A DNA stretch of 27,728 nt, taken from NCBI RefSeq assembly GCF_006345805.1, contig NW_021833329.1, forward strand, positions 1 through 27,728, given 5' to 3'. The position numbers and the translations under genes are program-made. This stretch comes from Octopus sinensis (taxonomy: Eukaryota). Below, one piece after another: positions 22,374 to 27,728 of the stretch (positions within the stretch are counted from its first letter, which is position 1; the number at the start of each line of letters is the position of its first letter). Under the pieces are notes generated by a model. The model saw only the letters and a program-made list of their open reading frames with translations, was not told the origin of the DNA and ran no database searches.

Positions 22374-22740
22374 CACTGCTACTATGATACTACGACGGAG
22401 GCTTCAGTGATAAAAGAGCATTTATATTATCTGAAAAAACATTGCCGCTCCACAGCCGCGACCACCACCACCACTACTCTCGCATAATCACCACCCCTTC
22501 GTCAACAACAACAACAACAACAACAACACCAGTACCGCCACCACCACCACAGCCACCATCACCACTGACAACAGCATCACAAACGGCAACACCATCGTCT
22601 TCATCAACAGAAACAGAAACAACTACATCAACTCGCGCAGCCCATATTTTGTGTAGCACCAGCAACAGCAACAGCAGCAGCAGTAGTAGTGGTAGCAGCA
22701 GCAGTAGTAGTAGTAGTAGTAGTAGTAGTAGCATAAACAT
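20905..22740. repeat. GC/CpG-richer trinucleotide patchwork (GGT, ACC, GCC, AAC, TCA, CTA, AGC) plus (GA)n
   Basis: Direct sequence; ORFs over it are homopolymer strings in all frames. Confidence 0.88.
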
Positions 22741-23017
22741 CAACAACCATATTGCACACACATTTTCCTACATATATATATAAATACATATATATATCTA
22801 GAGAGAGAGAGTTAGATATACACACACACGCGCGCACACGCACACGCACTCACATACACTCACACGGACTCTAATTCGCTTGCACATGCACGCATACATA
22901 CATACATACATACATGCACGCACTCACACTTGCGGTTACAATTAAGATAGATAAATAAAGAGAGAGAGAGAGAGAGATCGCAGCAACAAACAGAAAACAT
23001 TCACAGCACTACTACTA

Positions 23018-23058
<41 letters not shown>

Positions 23059-23764
23059 ACTACTACTACAATAATAATAATAATAATAACAGCAGACCAG
23101 CTGCTACTTGTGGCGCAAAAAAAAAAAAAAGGCAAAAGTAGAAATTCCATGTAACTGGAATATAACCGAACAAGCAGAATCAACAAACAAGTATTCCAGG
23201 AAGCGCCACCCTTCGGCTCACATCGCAGCAGACGCCGGCTGTGGTGTGCGTCTAAGAACACCGCGCTTCCTTTCGACCAACTTTCACCACAACATTAAAC
23301 GTTTGGAACCAGACTTTATTTTCGTTTTCTCACTTTGCAGAAAAAAAAAAAGAAAGAAATTATTTAAGACAAAAAAAGAAGAAAAAAAGAATTTTTTTAA
23401 TCATCACGAAAGGAGAAAGACACCAAAGTTGTTATAATTATATTTTTTTAGAAAAAATATACGTAAAAAGAAAATATTTGATAGTGTTGTTTGAGACACA
23501 CTCGCGCACGAACGCACACATTTTTTTCTTTTTTTTTTTTGTAATATTTTTTATCTTTATCGTGTTAAACCGACTGGCCCTGTGGACACTCTACCAAACA
23601 GACACTACTGCAGACAGAAAGAGGCTATTAGGAGTTCAGTTCCAGGTAGAATTGTGGCGGCCGTTGAACTGGACACTGAAATCACGTCCAGTAACAACCA
23701 TAACCATAACAACCACAGCACTTCTGACATTCTAAACGGTGCGGGCCAGCAATGCCCGGTCGCT

Positions 23765-25015
23765 ATGGATGTGGTAGCGGCCAAGATAATAGCCTTGGTT
23801 ATCCTAACAGCGCTGACCATGATGGCTGGCCTGCTACCGGTGAAATTGGTGAAATTTGTCGGCAAGTCCTTAATTAAAATGGACGGAACCATACAGTACC
23901 TTCTTAATGGATCACGTTGTTTTTCTGGTGGCGTATTCCTCGCGACATGTTTTCTACATCTGATACCCGAAACTCGTGATAAGGTGAAAGAAGTGATGAA
24001 ATACCTCGGCTCCACATCGCAGTACCCGGTCGCTGAATTACTGACAATGTCCGGGTTTTACGCCGTGTTGTTTGTCGAACAAATAATTCAGCTGGTCTAC
24101 AGAAAAATGCGAAGTCAGTCGCGAAAGATGGTCGGTGGTGAAAACACAAACCCACACACGATGCACAACCATCATCCGGGTGGTAGTCTAAGTATGAGTG
24201 CCCCCATGGGAAATCTAAGTTCGACCCCTCTGGGGGGTTTCAGTGTCAGCGGAGGTCTGATGGGCAGTGGTGCCGGCGGTGGTATGAGCAGTGGACTTGG
24301 AAATATTCCTAACAACGGAACCGGCGGTTGTGGTATAAGCGGAGGGGTTTTACCTCGGGAAATATTACCCACCACCGAAGAACTCAGCTTAAATTCGCTG
24401 TCCAACGAGGAATACAATACAGGAACTGTGATAGAAGCCAACGTCGAAATTCAAGACGGTGTCGCTGCCGAGGCTGAATCAATTGACTCGATATCGATGC
24501 AGGAATTCGAACTAAAACGTGTAGTCGATGAACTAAAAAACCCTGACGCCGATCGGCATGTTTACATTCGCTCAATCATCTTTATTATAGCTCTTTCTTT
24601 CCACGGAATTTTCGAGGGAATGACCCTCGGATTGCAAAGTTTACAAAGCAATGTATGGACCCTATGTTTCGCTATTGCAGTGCACAGGTGTGTCCTGGCA
24701 TTCGGCATGGGATACCAGCTGACCAAAGAGAACGAAGGACAAGGTATGGCATGTTTCTGTGTTGGTTGTTTTACTCTCATTCTTGGAATTGGTATAATCA
24801 CAGGAATTTCTATATCATCAAGCACAAAACTGTACAGCCACGTCAACGTGCCCGATGCCATTCTGCAAAGTGTGGCGACTGGGACAATTTTTTACATCAT
24901 ATTCTTTGATATACTTTTTAAAGACTTACAGGGCCACGACGACTTGAGAAGAATATCGTGCACGTTTGTCGGGTTTTGTATGATGGCTGTCATATTTGCC
25001 ATATCTCGGTCATGA
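23765..25015 (+). CDS. SLC39A1/2/3-like: Zinc/divalent metal transporter, ZIP (SLC39) subfamily II, ZIP1/2/3-like, 416 aa, uninterrupted CDS
   Basis: Eight hydrophobic segments with family motifs: TM1 MDVVAAKIIALVILTALTMMAGLLP, TM2 FSGGVFLATCFLHLIPE, TM3 YPVAELLTMSGFYAVLFVEQII, TM4 ALSFHGIFEGMTLG, TM5 AIAVHRCVLAF, TM7 LQSVATGTIFYIIFFDIL. ATG 23765 is the first in-frame ATG after an in-frame TGA at 23492-23494 and has G at -3 and +4. Stop TGA is at 25013-25015. The track start at 23582 is a GTG. One-to-one orthology cannot be assigned by eye. Confidence 0.95.
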   Translation: MDVVAAKIIALVILTALTMMAGLLPVKLVKFVGKSLIKMDGTIQYLLNGSRCFSGGVFLATCFLHLIPETRDKVKEVMKYLGSTSQYPVAELLTMSGFYAVLFVEQIIQLVYRKMRSQSRKMVGGENTNPHTMHNHHPGGSLSMSAPMGNLSSTPLGGFSVSGGLMGSGAGGGMSSGLGNIPNNGTGGCGISGGVLPREILPTTEELSLNSLSNEEYNTGTVIEANVEIQDGVAAEAESIDSISMQEFELKRVVDELKNPDADRHVYIRSIIFIIALSFHGIFEGMTLGLQSLQSNVWTLCFAIAVHRCVLAFGMGYQLTKENEGQGMACFCVGCFTLILGIGIITGISISSSTKLYSHVNVPDAILQSVATGTIFYIIFFDILFKDLQGHDDLRRISCTFVGFCMMAVIFAISRS

Positions 25016-25365
25016 AGAGTTTAAACAGGACTCATTTTTATGTATATATGTGAATAATGTATGTGTTTGTGTGTGACCAAATGCGAAAACAAATTGAACA
25101 GGAAATATAATGAAAGGACAAGACAAAGACGACTTATATTCCTTTTAAATGAGAGAAATTATACATTCTTAATAAGGCTGTAATGTAAATAGAACAATTA
25201 CAATATTAACATTATTATTTTTATTTTTATTACTATTGATATTCTTATTCTTATTCTTCTTATTATTATTACAGTTATTATTATATTTATTATTATTATT
25301 AATATTATATTGATCATTATTTTTCTCCTTTTGTTAATATTCATACATGAGAATTCTATTCTATA

Positions 25366-25371
25366 AATAAA
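25366..25371 (+). promoter_or_regulatory. Candidate polyadenylation signal for the ZIP gene
   Basis: First AATAAA after the stop (~350 nt downstream), following an AT-rich (TTA)n region. Chance occurrence in AT-rich DNA is possible; another lies at 25811. Confidence 0.4.
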
Positions 25372-25374
25372 GAA

Positions 25375-25413
25375 AGTATATATACTATACTATATACATA
25401 TATATATATATAG

Positions 25414-25474
<61 letters not shown>

Positions 25475-25532
25475 CACATGTATAATTATAATATATATAT
25501 ATATACATACATATGTATGCATATATATATAT

Positions 25533-25573
<41 letters not shown>

Positions 25574-25691
25574 CAGTATATATATATACATATATATATA
25601 TACATATATATACATAATATTATATATATATATATATATATACTATATATACATATATGTTATAGTATATATAATATATTTTATATCTAAT

Positions 25692-25775
<84 letters not shown>
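25375..25775. repeat. (TA)n-dominated microsatellite field
   Basis: Direct sequence. Confidence 0.95.
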
Positions 25776-26546
25776 AAATATATTATTGTCGGAATAATAA
25801 TAATAATAACAATAAAAAAAAGAGAAAAGAAGAAACTCATTCCAATATAAGGAAATTCTTGCAGGCTTTATTTTCTTCAATTAAATTGTGTTTAAATATT
25901 TTATTTCTCATTCAAGCAAAAGTCAAAAAACCGTGATTTACGTTTACTTCCGAAGGAAACAACACGTGCAACCGACCAAGTTCTTCTTACTGACAACTAC
26001 TTTCAATATTCATGTTGTTTAAACCATTCCTTTCTCATCGTCGTTATCATTACGAGCGTTGTTGTTGCTGTTATCGTCGTAATTGTTGTTGTTGTTGTTG
26101 TTGTTGTTATTATTGTTGTTGTTGTTTTTCTATTTCGTGATTTCCATTCGGTTAGATAGCACACTGTACTGTCTGTGTATACCTTGTGCACATAGAATGT
26201 TTTGTTTTCGTTTTATGTTTCCTATATACACTGACATTCCTCTCCTATACACAATATACGTGGAGTGCACTTATTAGTGCTATTTTCTGAATGTTCTGCC
26301 TAACTGCAAGTCCTGTGGTGGGCGGGTAGGGTCTTCTGTATGGATCTACATTGTGTTTTGTTCTCTGTTTGTGTTTTGTTCATTGCTACCAAAGCAATTA
26401 TTATTATAAGGGTGGTTTGGTTTCTATTTACAGAGCCCACGTTCTGTTTATCTCTATTTCAAGTGCTGTATATCTAGATAATTTCACTCTATTTTTCATT
26501 TTTCGGAGTCGATGAAATAAATGCCAGTTCCCGGCCGTTCCCCAAA

Positions 26547-26712
26547 TTTTCGTCCGTCTCCACGTTCTGAGTTCAAGTTCTGCCGAAGTCGACTCTACTT
26601 TTCCTCGTTTCGGGTTCGATAAAATAAGTACCAATTGATCACTAGGGTCGATGTAATTGACTCATCCCCTCCTCTTAAATTACTGGCCATGTGCTAAAAT
26701 TTGAAACCATTA
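26547..26712 (+). mobile_element. SINE family A, 5'-truncated
   Basis: cgtccgtctccacgttctgagttcaagttctgccgaagtcgac...gttcgataaaataagtacca...gggtcgatgtaattgact...ggccatgtgctaaaatttgaaacc. Confidence 0.82.
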
Positions 26713-26731
26713 TTATTATTATTATTATTAT

Positions 26732-26787
<56 letters not shown>

Positions 26788-26814
26788 AGTAGTAGTAGTA
26801 GTAGTAGTAGTAGT
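26709..26814. repeat. (ATT)n then (TAG)n
   Basis: Direct sequence. Confidence 0.96.
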
Positions 26815-26987
26815 ATATGAATACTCACAGCTTATATTGCTAGGTATGATGGAAAGTGTCAGCTGTCCACAGCCAGCAGACTCAGGTGACACTTGTTCAC
26901 TGGTCATGCTTCAAGAACCCTGCGAAGAATTCTTGCAGTTCCAAGCAATGCCGATTTTTTGTAGGTGTTCTACCTTCACACTCGCAC
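26815..26987 (-). mobile_element. 3'-terminal remnant of an R4/Dong-clade (RLE) non-LTR retrotransposon
   Basis: Minus strand reads ASVKVEHLQK, then after a +1 slip in an A6 run SALLGTARILRRVLEA* (stop at 26904-26906). This matches the QKxALLGTARILRxVL C-terminus I recognise from R4/Dong-type elements. The 3' UTR has an 8-bp stem (26854-26861 / 26887-26894). Confidence 0.75.
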
Positions 26988-27033
26988 TACTACTACTACT
27001 ACTACTACTATTATTATTATTATTATTATTATT

Positions 27034-27256
27034 AGGGTGGCGAAGTGGCAGAACCGTTACCGCGCCAGACAAAATGCTTAGCAGTATTTCTTCCGGCTAA
27101 CGTACTCAGTTCACATGTCTCCGAGGTCAACTTAGGCTTTCTATTCTTTGAGCAGTCGATAAACTAAGTACCAGTTGAGCGCAGGGTATCGATATGATTG
27201 GACTAATCTCCACTATCAAAATTGTCTGGATTTGTGCCAAAATTGGAAAAAAATTT
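27034..27256 (+). mobile_element. SINE family A, full-span degenerate copy
   Basis: gggtggcgaagtggcagaaccgttacc...aaaatgcttagcagtatttc head, gtcgataaactaagtaccagtt core and ttgtgccaaaattggaaa tail. Confidence 0.8.
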
Positions 27257-27264
27257 ATTAAAAT

Positions 27265-27356
27265 CATCGTCGTCGTCATCATCATCCTCATTATCATCCT
27301 TGTCATCATCATTATCATCATCATCACCATTGTCACCATCATCATTGTCATCATCA
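27265..27356. repeat. (CAT)n degenerate repeat
   Basis: Direct sequence. Confidence 0.9.
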
Positions 27357-27360
27357 TTTA

Positions 27361-27475
27361 AATCGTGCAGTGGTCAACTTCGTTTTTCACTCTTTTGTGG
27401 TCGATAAAGAAATGTACCAGTTAAATGATGGGGTCGATGGTAATAACTAAATGCCCTCCCTTCAAATCAGAAATT
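27361..27475 (+). mobile_element. SINE family A central/3' fragment
   Basis: ggtcaactt...ggtcgataaagaaatgtaccagtt...ggggtcgatg. Confidence 0.65.
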
Positions 27476-27728
27476 ATTATTATTATTATTATTATTCAAG
27501 TTCTACTTGGAAAGGAAAGTGAGTGGTGGATGAGTCTATCAAAACGTGGACGACTGACGAAAATGGTTAGGGAGAATGGAAATTGTCTTCAGTCTACAGG
27601 TTAAACTGAAGAACAACACCAGGGTAAGGTTTGAGCCCTTGATGGTTAAACATGATCATGGATCTGATGGGTCCTTGATTGGCCCCCCAACTGTAGGTGT
27701 TCAGATATTTTGTATTTGTATACTTTTT

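Noticed and set aside
23582-23764. Track start of the 477-aa ORF
   Set aside because: It is a GTG. Family similarity starts at ATG 23765, so the extension is unproven.
23605-24909. Antisense and alternate-frame ORFs over the ZIP CDS (136, 83, 89, 63, 99 and 84 aa)
   Set aside because: Expected shadows of a real coding region; no motifs.
27554-27590. CTGACGA...GAAA as another hammerhead
   Set aside because: No stem II pairing can form between the two core segments.

Overview
Eukaryotic, extremely microsatellite-rich genomic DNA. The repeat families resemble those I recognise from octopod cephalopods (Octopus); this is an inference, not a database result. One convincing protein-coding gene is present: a ZIP/SLC39 subfamily II zinc transporter (ZIP1/2/3-like) on the + strand, with an uninterrupted CDS most likely at 23765-25015 (416 aa). 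The rest is a mosaic of di/tri/tetranucleotide repeats, many copies of several tRNA-derived SINE-like families (my labels A-E), and short 3' LINE remnants (L2/CR1-like at ~660-836; R4/Dong-like at ~26815-26987). Almost all other ORFs in the track are translated microsatellites. The most unusual structures are: a 189-bp fold-back insert flanked by 11-bp direct repeats, whose loop holds a Penelope-type minimal hammerhead ribozyme core (6020-6230); two further decayed hammerhead-like motifs (~12517 and ~12702); a near-perfect 206-bp inverted duplication (4105-4534); an older MITE-like palindrome (1198-1478); and a cryptic ~58-60 bp tandem array (6540-7010). The ZIP itself has an His-Arg-Cys TM5 site, a ~160-aa cytosolic loop and an overlapping uORF. 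No CRISPR array, rRNA or genuine tRNA gene was seen.
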